DNA of 64,000 nt, taken from assembly GCF_000150275.1 (NCBI RefSeq), contig NW_002060952.1, positions 580,482 to 644,481 of the forward strand, given 5' to 3'. A program made the translations under genes and the position numbers. A model generated the notes under the pieces. That model made no database searches, was not told the origin of the DNA, and saw only the letters and a list, made by a program, of their open reading frames with translations. Positions within the stretch are counted from its first letter, which is position 1. Each line of letters starts with the position of its first letter. This DNA comes from Trichoplax adhaerens. Its lineage: Eukaryota > Animalia > Placozoa. Positions 1 through 27,575 of this stretch are shown in pieces.

Positions 1-1126
1 AATAAAGTAAATTGAGGTTATATTGTCAGACTTTAGTTTGCGCTGAATTTTTGTAATGAACAATTCAAGGACTTTTATACTTATGGTAAATTAAATTATT
101 CTAAGTGCTTTTAGACTCTTAGACTCTTAGAATGAGGATTTTCTATCGATCTTTACTCTATAATTTTGATTAAATATTACCATCGGACGGAAAGTATTGC
201 ATGAGTATTTGACATATTACAAACGTTTTCATGTTTTGGAATGTTGAATAAGGTAAATGATGCACAATCTCTAGTTAAGAAATTTACATTTCTTAGCAGC
301 TTTCGTCGAAACTGTTTAATACTATACACTTGCATATAACACCCGCAAAAAGGATGGTAAAGAACTGAAATAGTTGGATATATCATGCAAATATAGTAAA
401 ATTCGCAATATAACAATATAAAACGTCTATAAGTTAAAGCCATAGCTTAATGGCAATATCGAATCGTTACTTTTACAGCAACATGGCACCTTAAAACTGA
501 TAAATAAAACATCTGACAGTTTAAAACCGGTCGTAGGCCTAATTAGTCTACGAGCTACACGACAACATAAGTCAGATTTACAGATGGTTATCAATATATA
601 CAGTATCGGATAAAATTATCTTACTTTACTGTACGTATTATTCATGCAACAAAGATCTGTTAGGCTAACAGATATCTATAAGCTCATACCGTATAATTCA
701 TCGAGATTACAGATAGCCTACGATCACCGTATCTTAACACCCATGTCATGCATTATTAGAACATGTAATTTCATGACTGTAGAACTAATTAACGCTAGAA
801 CGAGAAAATTTAAAATAATCATACAGTTATTATTCTAGCTAATCTCATAGCTGAAATACTAGTGTTCGCAAACCGTTTATAGCAATGTCTAACTACATAG
901 CAAACTTTATTTACTAGAACTGATCACAACACGCCTTTTTTATTATTATCATTTGTCTTTGATGGCTTCAACATGTGTATGCACAATAGTACAATATTGG
1001 ATACATTTGTCATTTATTAAACCAGAGATGCAGTATTGAATATGAATTTCATGACAATAACACGATTTAATACCGATATAATGTTATTGACCCCGTCGCT
1101 TTATTATAATATGATGATATCGATTT

Positions 1127-1139
1127 GTTGCTTAGCAAC
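1127..1139. promoter_or_regulatory. RFX X-box-like palindrome GTTGCTTAGCAAC
   Basis: 13-bp X-box-type inverted repeat (extends to TTGTTGCTTAGCAACAA) about 1 kb upstream of the ATG at 2119; further TAGCAA half-sites near 880-905. Confidence 0.55.
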
Positions 1140-2118
1140 AATAGATGCTAATCGTTTCGAAGTCATGTTTTATCCTTGGAGAAAGCGAGTGGGAAATAGT
1201 ATCTAGGAGAGAAAGGAGTTACAAAAAATTGTTTTCAAATATACGATGAAAAAGAAACACTTTAGTATGTAAACTATCATGTGTACAACTGCAGCCACTA
1301 ACGAAGAGTGTTGTCTGTATCATAGTTGATAGATGAAGGTAGGTATTATTGACATAAATTAATAAAATTATGTATCTGTAAAATAAAAGATATTTAAGAA
1401 GTTAAGAAGGTTGAAGACTAGATAATTTCCTTAGGTAGTAAGAGTGGCTAACGCTCCAATGATTAGCTACCGTCACTAAAATAGTTTATGCGTATACTCT
1501 ATATATAGGTCAAATTTCTTTCTACATAATTCACTAGCATTATAATTTTAAGCACTAATTACTCTCAATTAATTTTACAGCTTTTCTGTTCTATAATTTA
1601 ATTTTATCGTCGTATATCTAAAAAGATTTAGTTGATGGTATCGCTATCCAAAAATAGATGGCTCTATTTACATATTTCCCCCTAATGTATCTTCCTTAAA
1701 GAAATTGATCTGGCAGATTTCTTCAGGCACAATCAACAGAAACTTTGATAGTAGCTGTTAATTACGGTAGTTTTAAAACGATATACTGTTTAATTTATAT
1801 GGCAATATAGTGGCCAAAAAACAATGGGATTGTTCATGGATTTAATTACATTGCCGATAGAGGAAAAAGTAGATGATAATTAATGATAGCAACTGACGAT
1901 AATTAACCAGACTATCGCCTGAAAATCTATAAATATCCTATGCTTATAGCCTAAGATTATAAAGATACTTTCAAATTTTTTGTTGCCTTATCTTCCCAAT
2001 CATCCATTATGAACATTAATGGGAGCTTTGTTTTTATACCTTGCTCTAGAAAATAATACTTTATCGTTTCTTATAATATTCAAACGTGATGGTAAAATCT
2101 GATACGGCGTAATACAAC

Positions 2119-4833
2119 ATGGTATCCACTAATAATGGTAAACCTGAATTTGCCAATCCAACATTGTCTCATCGGCCTTGCTTCCCAGTTTGGCTTGATT
2201 CAGGATTGAAAAATTTTCAATGTATGGGAAAAGATCAGCTACTCGTTTCTAGTGACTTGTTTACGTTTGAAGCAAGCTTTAATCGCTCATTTTTGCAAGA
2301 GCAATTACAGAAAGGTGAAAAGATTATAGCTAACCAAGTAAAGCAAAATATTTCCGATAAAACTACCGAGCAAAGGCGAAAATCGATTTTAAGTAAGATC
2401 ATATTACCTAGGTCATATTTGTAATAAGTTGATTTATAGCATGATATTAGAGGATAGCTCTAAACTTAAATAAGCTGAATTTAACTTTAGAATAATATCA
2501 AGTACTTAGAATAAAACGATAAAATATTCATGAAGAGTCATTAAGTTTTTCCGCCTTATAGTTAGCTAATACACGGGTATATAGCATCTACATTTACGAT
2601 ATATCAACTAGAGAGAATAAATAATGTAAATTTTATTACCAGAATTTACTTTGTACGTAAGAGTATAACTAACGTCTCTGAAATAATAATGTTAGCAAAT
2701 TAATTTTTGGGGGTACTTCTTTTATGTGACAACAACAATAACCATTTTGATATAATGGACCTTTATAAAATTATATATATTATATAAGATAGAGTCAATA
2801 GGCTTTTCAAGAATGAAAGGCACAGCGGTGGTATATGTGTTCTATTTATATGCTTGCTGTGTTACTGTTACTAGGACCAATTGACGACGAACCACAAACC
2901 GCTCACAGAGCAACAGATCAGAGTAGTAGGTAAGTTTAAATTATATTTCAGAAGCGTCTTATAAATGATTAATAAGTTAAAAGGTCGAGGTTAACGACAG
3001 GAATACATCATAATTACCCTGACGTACGACTTATTTGAAGCTTAGAATCCATTATGATATGTAATCAGGCGGTGTACAATTAAAAATAGAGAAATAGTTC
3101 TGTAGCTTTCTTTTCTTTTGAAGTAGATTAATAAAAATTTATTGTATATTTTATGATTAAGTAGTAGCGTTCATTTTCATTCTGTCTCTTTCAATTTAAC
3201 CTGCTGATATCTTTCTTACTTGACATAATTGTTTCATTTGGATTTATTGTACGTTGTTTTTACTATCATATAATTATGGTGCTAATCTATAGGGTCAGAA
3301 CTATAATAATTATATAGCCTACGTCTATTTGTAAGTCTTTTAGTTTATACTCTCTATGTCGGCTGTAGTCTTGAGTCCAGTCGAAGTCATGTGGAGTCTA
3401 ACTGTTTAGTCTTCTATAAAAAGCTGTTTCAACGCTGTTGTCATGTTATAAAGTATTAAAAAACATAACGTAACTTCAAGTTCGTAGAGTCTTCAAAAGT
3501 AAGCTGTAAAAAATGAATAAAATTACGCTTAGACATCTCATATCCTTTCTTAATAGCCCTGATGCATTTCATCTTGGCCCTACTTCGAATGAAATGGATT
3601 TATATCCGTCTATCTTTGGGCGCTCAAATTCTACTCTTCAACCTGGGATTACAGATGAGACGCTATATACTGGTAAACATTTTCTATTTCATGTCGACAA
3701 CCGGGCACATACACCAAGCTTTAAACAAAGACTAGATCGTTTCAATAGCTTTCATGGTAGAAGTTCCGCTAATTATCATAGCAATATGACATTTATGCCA
3801 CCATTGAGAAAGGTAAAAATCAAATCAAGTAAAGGGGATACGATAACCTAGTTGTCATGAGAACGAAGCAGTAACAATAGTAGTTACAGATGTCGTTTTA
3901 GTTTTCTCTTAATTCAGTAATGGCTTGATTTAAGGCTACGATAAAGCACTGTCATGAAACTGTTCTAAACGATAGTAAGTACGCTCATAAAGTCATAGCT
4001 AGTTATTTTACTTCGAAAGTTGTTTCTCCATGATCATAAATTAAGCTTTTTCTGATCGTAGAAGTCAATTTTAATACATTATTAAGAGATTAAATGATAG
4101 CATATAGTGTAGGGCATGTAATATTAATCTATACCAAACTTGAAAATGTAAGTAGTAGATTAAGTGATGGGATAAGAAAATAGATGACTGAAAATGATAA
4201 TATTTATATTTACTGAAGGTGGATGATGTAAGGCGTTCTTCGGCAAGTAAAGTTATTCAATCTTCTACTCAGCCGTGTCGTGAGTCTCGCGATATTGTAG
4301 CCACTGGTGTTGCAGTAACAGCTAACACTAAACGATCAACATCACGAATTAGCTTACCTGGCAGGTTAGAATTTTTCTATCACGTATTATTCATTTATGA
4401 ATCGAAATAAAGGGCATAAACGACGTAATTTGAACTACGATATTCACGAAAATCAATTTTAAATTTAAGTTAGCAATCTTTCATTTCAGTATAAAGTTAA
4501 CATCTCATTAATATTTTTCAAATATTAGAGTACCTAGCAAGGCGAAATCATCGCATAAATCATATGAAGGTAATGATTCATTTGCAATATTGTAACAGGA
4601 ATCTAGGCAGCAAAATCTGTTCTTTCAAAACAGTATGAACATGGCTGATTTAAACTATGAATCTAATGAATTTTATTGCTTATATTGACTGTATATCGTG
4701 ATAATTAGATATGTATTCCAACGCTATGGAAGGAGGTAGCGTCAATTTTCAGCAAAGATTGGCGGAACTAACTACTTTACAGCAGGAAACAGTGCGATTA
4801 GAACGTATAAAAAAACTGAAAAGAAAATCTTAG
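2119..4833 (+). CDS. Uncharacterised multi-exon protein with basic coiled-coil-like C-terminus (possibly ciliary)
   Basis: In-phase GT-AG exons assembled by eye: ~2119-2391, ~2802-2829, ~2875-2929, ~3557-3811, 4219-4363, ~4529-4568, 4709-4833, ending ...NFQQRLAELTTLQQETVRLERIKKLKRKS* (TAG 4831-4833). Family not recognised; the true start may lie upstream. Confidence 0.6.
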
Positions 4834-6045
4834 AGGTCGATTGCGAATATTTATAGTATCAAGTATTTTTGCCCTTTTTTTCATTGTATGGTATAATACT
4901 GTGTCATATCAAAGTGTGAAATTACCATTTTATTTAAAGTATACAAGACATAAATACTCTAGCTATTGGAATTAATATCGTTTAACTCCAAAAAATCGAA
5001 ATAGTAATGATATAAAGACTCAATGATCTGGATTCTATTATAGTGAATTGAATGATCCTTGCGGCAACCTTTTTAATTTTACTGGTCAATATCAATTATA
5101 CGAATACATCTCGAAATAGAAAGGAATACAAATTAAGATTTTGCCTTTACTATAAAATATTTTTGTAAAATAATTATCATTTTTGGATATATATTATAGA
5201 AATATACTCTTGACGTTGAAGGATACTTATGTCTTATAATTCCAAGTATAAAAAAAATTAATTATTTTTTTATTGTAATTTTGGTTCTGATCTGTACTTA
5301 AATGTTGTCAAGAGTTAGTATTGAAAAGTAGTGATCCACTATTTGGGCATTACTTTTATTAATTTAGATGCGACTATACCTGATTTCTTCTGAACTTTTT
5401 TATAGGTCTATTATCTAATATATTTTTTTCCGAGCTGCAGCCTTTGATAAATGTGTTTATAATGAAGAATGCTATCCAAATTTGTTTAGTATAAGATATA
5501 AAGAATGATCTATGTAGTTTATTGATTTGTTACACTGAAGAAAAGTAGGATTAGGTTAAGCAATGGATATATCATGTGATATTTTAGTGTAACTAGCCTA
5601 TAAAAATTCATGTATCAAGCAACGATATATACGGATTTTGAATATGTTGAAAATACTTTGTTTTACCATATTTTTCAAGATACGAGTTAGTATCTGGAAA
5701 TAAATAGAACAGATATTATGATTTATCTTGTGATGAATCCTTTAGCTTGAGAAACATATAAACTTTATGCGATGATAGCTAATTCTATATCTGATCAAGT
5801 TCTATAGATTGCCTGTTCTGAATTGTAGAAGGCAGCAAGTCATATAAATGATTGCACGAGTGCTAATTATGGAAATTTATAGCTATTTTCTTTTAAAATT
5901 ATCAAGGTATGGCAGATAGAAATCGGATTTGCTTAATTGATTACCTATACTTTTACTTTAGTTGTGAAATGCTGAATAAAATTAGCCATGACTGTACATT
6001 CATTAGTTGCCAATAAATAGCATTCTATTCCAGTGTATAAGTTAT

Positions 6046-6432
6046 AACGTTCATATATAGTAATGTAAATCATCGAGTGAGTAAATGAATGTAAGGCTAT
6101 TCGATAACCATAACTACAAAGTAGAATATCCGTGAGTTAAAAGATTATGAATCCTACCCAGTAAACGTAACGTTCATATTTGGCAGTCTAAATTATCGAG
6201 TGAGTAAATGAATAAGAGTCTATTCGATTGCTATAAACAATAAAACAGAATATCCACAAGTTTAAAAATTGTGAATCTTACACCAATAGCCCAGTAAATG
6301 TAAGCTTCATATTCAGTAATCTAAATTATGGAGTGAGTAAATAAATGAGAGCCTATTCGATCATCGTATACTACAAAGTAGATCATCCCGAGTTTAAAGA
6401 TTATGAATGCTTACACTAATAGCTTAGTAAAA
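6046..6432. repeat. Diverged tandem repeat, 3 copies of ~125-130 bp
   Basis: Recurring blocks GTTCATAT...GAGTGAGTAAAT...CTATTCGAT...AGAATATCC...ATTATGAAT at ~6046, ~6169 and ~6302. Confidence 0.85.
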
Positions 6433-7384
6433 TACTAGTAATTAATCTATAGATTGTCTAGATTTTATCAGAGGAACAATTCTGAACTTTTCACCTAGGT
6501 ATTTCTATTCATTGAGGGCTTTAGCTATCCGGTGTCAGTTTACTGCGATTGCAGAATCAACATAATCAATGATTGAAATCATAGAGTAAGGGATTAGGGG
6601 ATCAGGCAAATGAGTGCACTGGAAGTTATTGACTAATTATTTTAAAAGTTATGGGCTCCTAGATTGCAGTAAAGTGTAACAACTTACTGTACTGTATAAG
6701 CGTATATACAGAATCTTATTATAAAGATTCGAGAGTTTAATCGTAAAGGAATGAAGAAAGTGAAATGAGGATAGTGTCAACGTTGAAAATTGATGCTGCA
6801 GCATTCCAAGCTCAACTACTGTATATGATCACACTAATCAAGGCGTGCAACAAAATTTTCGAATACTCGTATAAATATTAGGGATTCATCTTGGTAATTC
6901 TAAATCCCAGTTAACTCCAATGTTCATTAAGGCGAATGATAAAATTCCCTTCCTCTCTGCTGCTATGCATGTGCAAACAGGAAGGATTTTAGGATATTTC
7001 TGAGTTCAATTATCGCAATTATCCATCAAGATTTATGGCGAGAATTCATTTTCCAGATAATACTAGTATCAATACTGGATATTAAAAGTATTTCTAAGCC
7101 AATCATCTGGCATATGAATCAGGATATATGGCAAAATTGGCATTCTATCAACTTTAAGACTCCATAATAATTTGCTGTTAGGTGGGGTTGGCGGCAGCCT
7201 CTAAGCTACAGCCAACGGTAAATTGTCACTTACTGTACATGTATTAACATTGGTACTAGGGTACAGTATGAAATCTACTGCGTGCATTGCACACTATTGG
7301 TAGCGTACAATATTGCTGTAGGTCCGGAGCTTGCAGCAGCTCGTAAAAGCTGGAGCTCAGTGACGATCAAATCGAATTTAGACT

Positions 7385-9165
7385 ATGGCCTCTTTTCTGG
7401 ATGCTTCGGAAATTATAGACCCTAATATAACTGTTCAATCCAATCGAGTAGAAAGTAAAAACAGTAAAGAATTACAATTGAGAAAATTCACGATACAAAA
7501 TTTCCTGTCCGACTTTAGCAGTAGGCATCGATTATCACATGCATCGTCGAATGAAAACCCTTGCCATGATCATTCGTAAGTGTTGGTGGATGTTTCAAGG
7601 TCGATATTTATTAATTATCCAATACATGCATTATCAAATACAAATATTCAGAATTTATAAACTACTCAATCAATAGGTGTAGTAGATAGGATTACTAATA
7701 TCGCATGGAATTACAGTTTGCTACCGGTATTGAGGGAAGCTTTCTAGATGATACTATACTATTCTTAGAAATGGAAACGCTCTTCATTTTGTACCGGTTA
7801 ATTACTGTATTCTATTTTTATTTTATGTATTCTGTTCGCTGATAAATACTTCAATCGGTGCTTAAATCTCTTGAGAGTAAAGGTAACATTCACGATAGCA
7901 GTCTATGAAGTATAAGCTATTTAGCTCAAAACTTGAGAAAGGAATCATTTTGGTTGAGATCATGAACTTTGCCTGCTTACTAAAATGAATTCGTCTACAG
8001 CAGTCATTCATCAAGACTTGAATAGTGCATCTTTTACTGTGCTGACGATTATACTATTACATGACATACTGTTTGCATAGACATGTATATCAATGATCTT
8101 TTATGATTTGTTGCCACTAGTTCTTACGATAGCGTTTAAATGTGTTAGTGGAGGTAGATAAAGATTTCATCGATCAGAACAGTGTTATTTTCATCGACGT
8201 ATTGTATTTCTTGGATAAAATAATGTGTACACGAGTACTCGTATAGCGTTTTTCTTCAGATGAAGTAGATGGCATCCATGGCAGGAACTTCTAAGAGAAA
8301 ATTTTCTTAGAAGTCCCTATCAATAGTATGTACGATTTATGCGCAAGCATGTCTGATGTAGATGTGAGAACACACAACTAATTGGGTAAACTTATGAATT
8401 ATAGTGTAATCAATATTTGCATGCTATTAGAAGGGAGAACAGTCAGTACGATGCCTCTCCGTAAACCATAAGCCGATTACTCACTACGTAGTATTTCACG
8501 TCACAATTTCTTAAGTGCTGTGCGAGTAGATGCAATACTGAAATAGTACTGGAAATGATATAATCATTGTAGGTATTAAGGGTCTATATTAATGGTTTAT
8601 TAACTGACGGATTCTACTACTGTATACCTGAACTAACGGTTATTACTCCGATGGCCTTATTAATTAGTAATTTACATCAATCCTTTTTTAATTTGTGCAT
8701 ATTTTCTGGAAATTGTTTTATTAGGTTAGAATCATTTCCAAAGTGGTACTTAGTTGATCCTGATGATACTGATGACGCTATTCAAGATGTGGAGGAAGAT
8801 AAAACTATTTCTATTTTGGTAAGTTCGTCAACCGTACTAAAGAATGCTCCCAGCGATAGATTGTCAATATGTGGTATAGATTAGAAGAGAGCCCTGCTGC
8901 TGTTGTAATTAAATGTAGATATATATGATCAATTGGTCATGCTAGGTAAAGTAATGTTTCAAGTATAGTGATTCATGTCTAAAAATATTGTAGATGATTC
9001 CATTTAATAGAGTACGGTTACAGGTAAAATGAACGATCTAATTACTGTATACATATTATTCAATTGATACAAATTCTAAGCAGCCCATGGATCAGTTAAT
9101 TCAAGAAATAACTCAAAATCACTAGAGCAGCAAATTCTCAAATTGGATTCTTCTTTACATTAAGT
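7385..9165 (+). other. Putative spliced locus, coding frame unresolved (uncharacterised gene, decayed gene or lncRNA)
   Basis: ORF 7385-7579 with donor GTAAGT at ~7576; exon-like block 8724-8818 (LESFPKWYLVDPDDTDDAIQDVEEDKTISIL|GTAAGT); GC-richer promoter-like zone 7180-7380. No stop-free spliced frame could be built. Confidence 0.3.
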
Positions 9166-9682
9166 CACTACATGTGTAAAGTGAAGTAACTGATAACTAT
9201 GATTAATTATTGCAGGTTTTGATCTATACTACCAAAATATAATTGATAAAAGTTTTTGTAGGAGTTCTACCATATCAATTATTGCAGAAAGATCAAGATT
9301 AGCCAAATGTCTTATGTAAATATATGTAAATATAAATACTGCATCTATGTACATTACACTCTAAATTATAAAGCATGTTATATGTATTAGATTTAACTTA
9401 ATCAAATTTTTATTTTATGGTCTTTGTAATGTTGTAACAGATTGAGAGAAAGTTAGATTTGGTAGTACTGTACATGCAATGTTTGAATATACAGTAAAAA
9501 TTGAAACTGAATTTATTTCAGACTTTCAATATATATCAAGATGATAACATGTTATAAACAGTCGCGTACAAAATATTTGATTCTAGAGAATAAAATATCA
9601 AATTTTTCAATCGCCATAAAACAGTCATAGTCTGTATAATATGAGTAATCAAGCTCTAATGTAGCACTTCAATTCTAAGACT

Positions 9683-12600
9683 TTATTTTTTCTGGCTATT
9701 TGACCAAAATTTCCAAATTTCACTACCAGAAGGAATGATTCCAGAAGGTGATTTAAATTCCAGGGCCGGATTTTTGGGAATTTCAGAATGTAATTCTTTA
9801 TCTAGAAGCTGGGCGTTTTAAATGGATAACTCATTTCGAATGCTTTTGTTAAGAATTGATTATAAGTTATAAATTACTCTACCATTTTAAGAGTTTGGTC
9901 TGTGTATTCGCTAATGTCAATTTCTGTTTGAGTGATGGGTTTTTTAAATATTTCGGTTAAACTTGTAACACCAGGATAATAGTGGTCCATAAGAGCCTAA
10001 TTTAATAATCATATCTTTACGTTAATGACACTTATGATCCTAAGATCAGACGGGGAGATTTTAAGGCACAAAATGAACCTGTAGCTCCCATAGTGAGCTC
10101 TCTATTGCTTTACACTTTGCGGGATCTTCCTCATAGAACAAATAGGGGTCACCTGGAACCTGTTCTGATGGGTTAATTTTGACCAGAATGTTAATTATGG
10201 AAACTTTTCGTTTTCCTTATTAAACAATAAAATAGCACGGATACAGCTTTGAACTGACAGCAAGTTATTAATCCTAGTGAGTTACGCATATCGTAACTGC
10301 TCTTCTATACTTACCATTTAAGCTTTGATGAATCAAGATTTTGATGCTATCGTGACGCTTTATCAGATTACATATGAAGGCTATAGCAACCATAGCACCT
10401 GCAAGAGAGGTAAAAAATCGAAATCGTAATTTGTCATAATGTTTAATACATTACAGCTCTGAATACTAAACAATTACTTGCAGGGTTAAGAGTCAGTGCG
10501 ATTCTGCTCAGCTTTTTAGCAAATGCCGCCACTACATAAGCTGGAAGATGACTATAAAAAATATAGAGCAATTATTTTACCATAAACATTAAATTAAATA
10601 TAAGTCTTGAAACTTAGAAATTAATTTATTAAACCATCATTACGTTGATGTCAAAAAGAGGTCTAGTAGATAGAAAAACCTCCCACTAGACTTTGCAACA
10701 AATGCGCTGGCTTCCACTAGGGCATAAAGCTTGGCATAAAAATCAGGATAATCTCTAGGATATAAAAGATAAGATAGAGTGAGCTGATTAGATTCATTTC
10801 AGAATAGTAGTAGAATGATAGCAGCAGTATAGCTAACATTACACATGATGAACTGAAACGTACAGATTATGTTGGTGAATTAAAATAAACAAGCCATTTA
10901 AAGCCAACAGGCTAATAGTTCCACCTAAATGAATAAATGATATATCAGAATCTATCATAGATTTATCAATATGACAAGATATTCAATCCTGTAATACTAA
11001 CCTATATTATAAGAATCGGTTAAAAAATCTATTAATAATTTGGGGTTTAGCATGTTTGGAATAACGTCAGTATGCAAAACGGCAAGTGCTTTCTTGTAGA
11101 CTTTCATGGGTAACTAATATGTAAAGATAATGAAATAGATTTTACATCCTAACAATCATCCGCAATTACTAAAGCAGACTATGCCTCTTATAGCGATTTT
11201 CTAAACTATACCTTGAGACGAAGAAAATTTAGCCATGCCTTACTAAAGACCTTTTTATATTCTTTCAGTTCTTTCAATTTACCGTAATAATCATCATTTG
11301 TTGAATTTTCTGTATAATTACAGGATACATATGTCAATATAAAAGTCTATTTGATGCTAAGTTAATCGGAAATAAAAGTCATGTGAAATGAGACACATAG
11401 GTCGACGTAGTTTATATCTACTTACCAAGGTTACTTGTAGCCAAATAAAATGATGAGATCTCTTCGTCATAGTTGTAAAGTTTAATTGAACGGAGTAGAT
11501 AAAATACATTTTCCACAAAAGTTTCATTAATAGGTTTGCTTGCGTCATCGAGCTTTAAGGCGGCCAGCGTTCTGCAATCGTGCAGATAGGATTATACTTA
11601 GCATTTCGGAATATAAATTACTATATATCGTTGCCACACCGTGCACAGATTGAATATTTTTTCTGATTACTAATTTAAGGTAACTTCTTCGCAAATTATG
11701 TAGCTCATAGTTACAAATGAACTCAATTTAATGAAGTAGATTACATCATATTTCTAAAATAGAATGTACTCACCCGATATTTTTTAATGTATAATAAGTA
11801 ATATCGCTATACTTAAAAAAGGAGCTCAATTTTTTAATTAGGCTCTTGTCATCTGTTTTATCGCTCAAGATTACAGCCTCTAAAATGCGATAGAAAAGCA
11901 TGTTTGGAAATTCGAATACGTGGTTAACTTGGTTAAGTGATTGCTTCGCTTTAAACTCATCGGATACGAAGGTCATCAAGAAGTTTAGTACAAGTTCCTA
12001 TATGATAGGAATATGAAAGAAAATTTGTTGATTAAAACGATAGCATTATGTAGCAGTATATTTGTAAATCGATTGGAATTTTCATTTTTGCTTCACTTGT
12101 TTGAGTACCAGTATAGAGGCAATCTCTCCTACTGTAAATTTTCGATGACTACTACCGTCGAAATTTTGATGGAATACTGTATCCTATAAACTTTCTAGCC
12201 TTACGAAAGTACCTGGATATTGCTGTCGGCATCTTGCATCAAAGCAATAAAGTACCGCTGGCATGTCAGATATTGTTTGTGCATCCAGTTATAGTATATC
12301 TTTGAACAGTTTCGGTTGATCATTTCCTCTAGTAGAGAAATCAAAGAATGAATACTATTGCAGTACCTATGGCAGATTTGATCTACAATACAGTATCTTT
12401 ATTTGTAATTGTGATGATTGATTTTATGATGTGAATGATTCTCCATTTTGCTTCGGTATACGTGTCAGTATTACTCACAATGTTATAAGAGCGAATATTT
12501 GATTAATTTTCAAGGATGAAGGTTTAATACGTGTAAGTATACCAATTTTATTTATGATATACTTACTGTCATCCTTGTTTTCTGAATCGTCGCTACGATT

Positions 12601-13293
12601 TTCAGAGTTGATACAGTCGCCGTTAGCCACAAAGTGAGAAAATAATTTAGCCAGAGCGCGGACAGCAGCTTCGATAGTACGATGGTCAGTCGACTGTAGC
12701 AAAGAAGATGAAAACGATATGTTCAGTCCTTTAAATCTTATCTACAAGCAGTGTACAAATATTAACTCGAGTGCCGAGTATGAGTTCATTATTTACAGAA
12801 TCTAGAATTACTGTATACTTGTCTTCTCTATTACTAAGGTTGTGCATCAATGAATTGTATTGGCTAGACATTTTAAATGATTTGTAACTATGGTAGAATG
12901 AATCTATAATCCAAGTTGATATACGATGTACTGTACTTCTGCTGATGGTAATGCACGATGGCTACTGTAAGTCCCATTACAGCTGAGGACTCATCCTTGC
13001 TATTTTCTTGATCCTATTAACACTTATTACAGTTTGCTATGGTTAAGTTAACGATGCAAATTGTAGTAAATTAACTCTACATTGAAGGATTGACTACATT
13101 CAGTTCAGTGGATGATATACCAATTCACCTGGCAATAATCTAAGATATCAACCAGCAAGTTGATCTTCTCCTGATCGGAGAATATTTGCTCGGTTTTGAG
13201 TTGAATATCTTCGATCTGGTTCAATTTGCTAGTGCGCTTTTTCTTAACCGTGTTGCTAGCTGTTTCTTTGCAACGTTGATTTCTTTTGACCAT
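9683..13293 (-). CDS. NOC4L: Nucleolar complex protein 4 homolog (CBF/Mak21 domain), multi-exon
   Basis: ATG 13293; spliced exons encode NOC4 hallmarks such as DYPDFYAKLYAL, HLPAYVVAAFAKKLSRIAL, DPAKCKAIESSLWEL and HYYPGV; last exon 9808-9683 ends with TAA. Confidence 0.9.
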
Positions 13294-13446
13294 TATGTCC
13301 TGCTCTATCGTTTATTGTTGTTGTAGATGATGATACAATTTTAAAGGAATGATAGCTCAAATTGGGTTGAAGAAGACAAGGGCTACCAATGTTATGATGC
13401 GATTTTGGAGTCTGCAGAACATCTCTAGCTCTGAGCTGTTCTGTTT

Positions 13447-14125
13447 GCACAGTACCGTACAGAACGGTACAGTATTGTACAGTACAGTACAGTCTGAAGA
13501 AAAAATGATGTCACCCTTCTCCTATACAGAGTTTGTAGTTGGCCTATTCAAAGTTTTTGCACAGTACAGCACACTCCGGTCTACTGTAGGTACAGTACAG
13601 CCAGAGCCTCAGGGTACAGCACAGTCGAGGTCTGGTCCGGTCTGGTCCGATCCGGACCCAGGTCTGAATTCAAAGATACAGTACTGTACACTGTACTGTA
13701 TAGTACTGTACAGTACAGTTCCTAGTTACACGTGTAACTTTTACAGTACAGCACTGTAGAGTGCACGTGTCCTCCACCGTCAATAGAAAGACGGACGGAT
13801 TGGACTATAGACAATCAAGCGAGTTTTAGAGATCGTCCAATCCAGATCCGGTACGGTACCACATAGATCTAGAGCGCTGTACCATGGACTCCGAAAAGGC
13901 GACCTTTGACTCAAATGGAAGAGTACAGTACTATATACTGTAGAGCTTGGTACTGTACGTTGTACCAAGCTAGCACGATACACTAGAAACCACTCTGGGG
14001 GGATCCCGCCAGTACAGTATTTCAGCCGGTGGTGTACCGTAGTGTGGTGAAGTTGAGTGAACCACGCGCGCACGTGCATCGTGGTACAGTACGATCGTAC
14101 CGTCGCTACTGTACTGTACCGTAGA
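13447..14125. promoter_or_regulatory. Bidirectional NOC4L/domino promoter with (TACAG/TACTG/TACCG)n arrays and three CACGTG E-boxes
   Basis: GC-richer spacer between divergent ATGs; pentamer arrays at 13447-13760 and 13920-14125; CACGTG at 13729, 13764 and 14071. Confidence 0.7.
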
Positions 14126-14525
14126 TAGACAAAAGATTCTTTGACACTATAAAAGCTGAGCCAAAAACGTCAAAACTCCCTGTCTGAAGTTGGATCAGTT
14201 ATTACTGTACGACGTGGAAGACTGTAGGCCAGGTAGGAAGTGGATGCAAGCCAGACTAGGATTCTCTTTTGGTGGAAGTGTGGGTTTTAACTGGAGCCGC
14301 AACTGTAGTCTCAACACTACCCTTGGGTAGAGCACACTGGAGTACGTGGTACCGCGGTGTGACTCCACCGTCGATGTAGTGTTGCAATCGCCTGCAACCC
14401 GACCATACTGTACCATAGAGGAAAGTGTGGCGTTGGCGTGCAATCTCCACGCACGGAACGAAAACTGCAAAAACTGAACAAGAAAAAAAAAAAAAAAAGA
14501 GACAGACCATTTTAGAGCATGTTTT

Positions 14526-27575
<13,050 letters not shown>

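Noticed and set aside
7717-8945. Multi-selenocysteine protein suggested by in-frame TGA codons in exon-like blocks
   Set aside because: TAA and TAG stops also interrupt the joins, no selenoprotein motif was recognised and no convincing SECIS was seen.
12900-13100. Possible H/ACA snoRNA in NOC4L intron 1
   Set aside because: One hairpin and an H-like box exist on the minus strand, but there is no properly spaced second hairpin and ACA.
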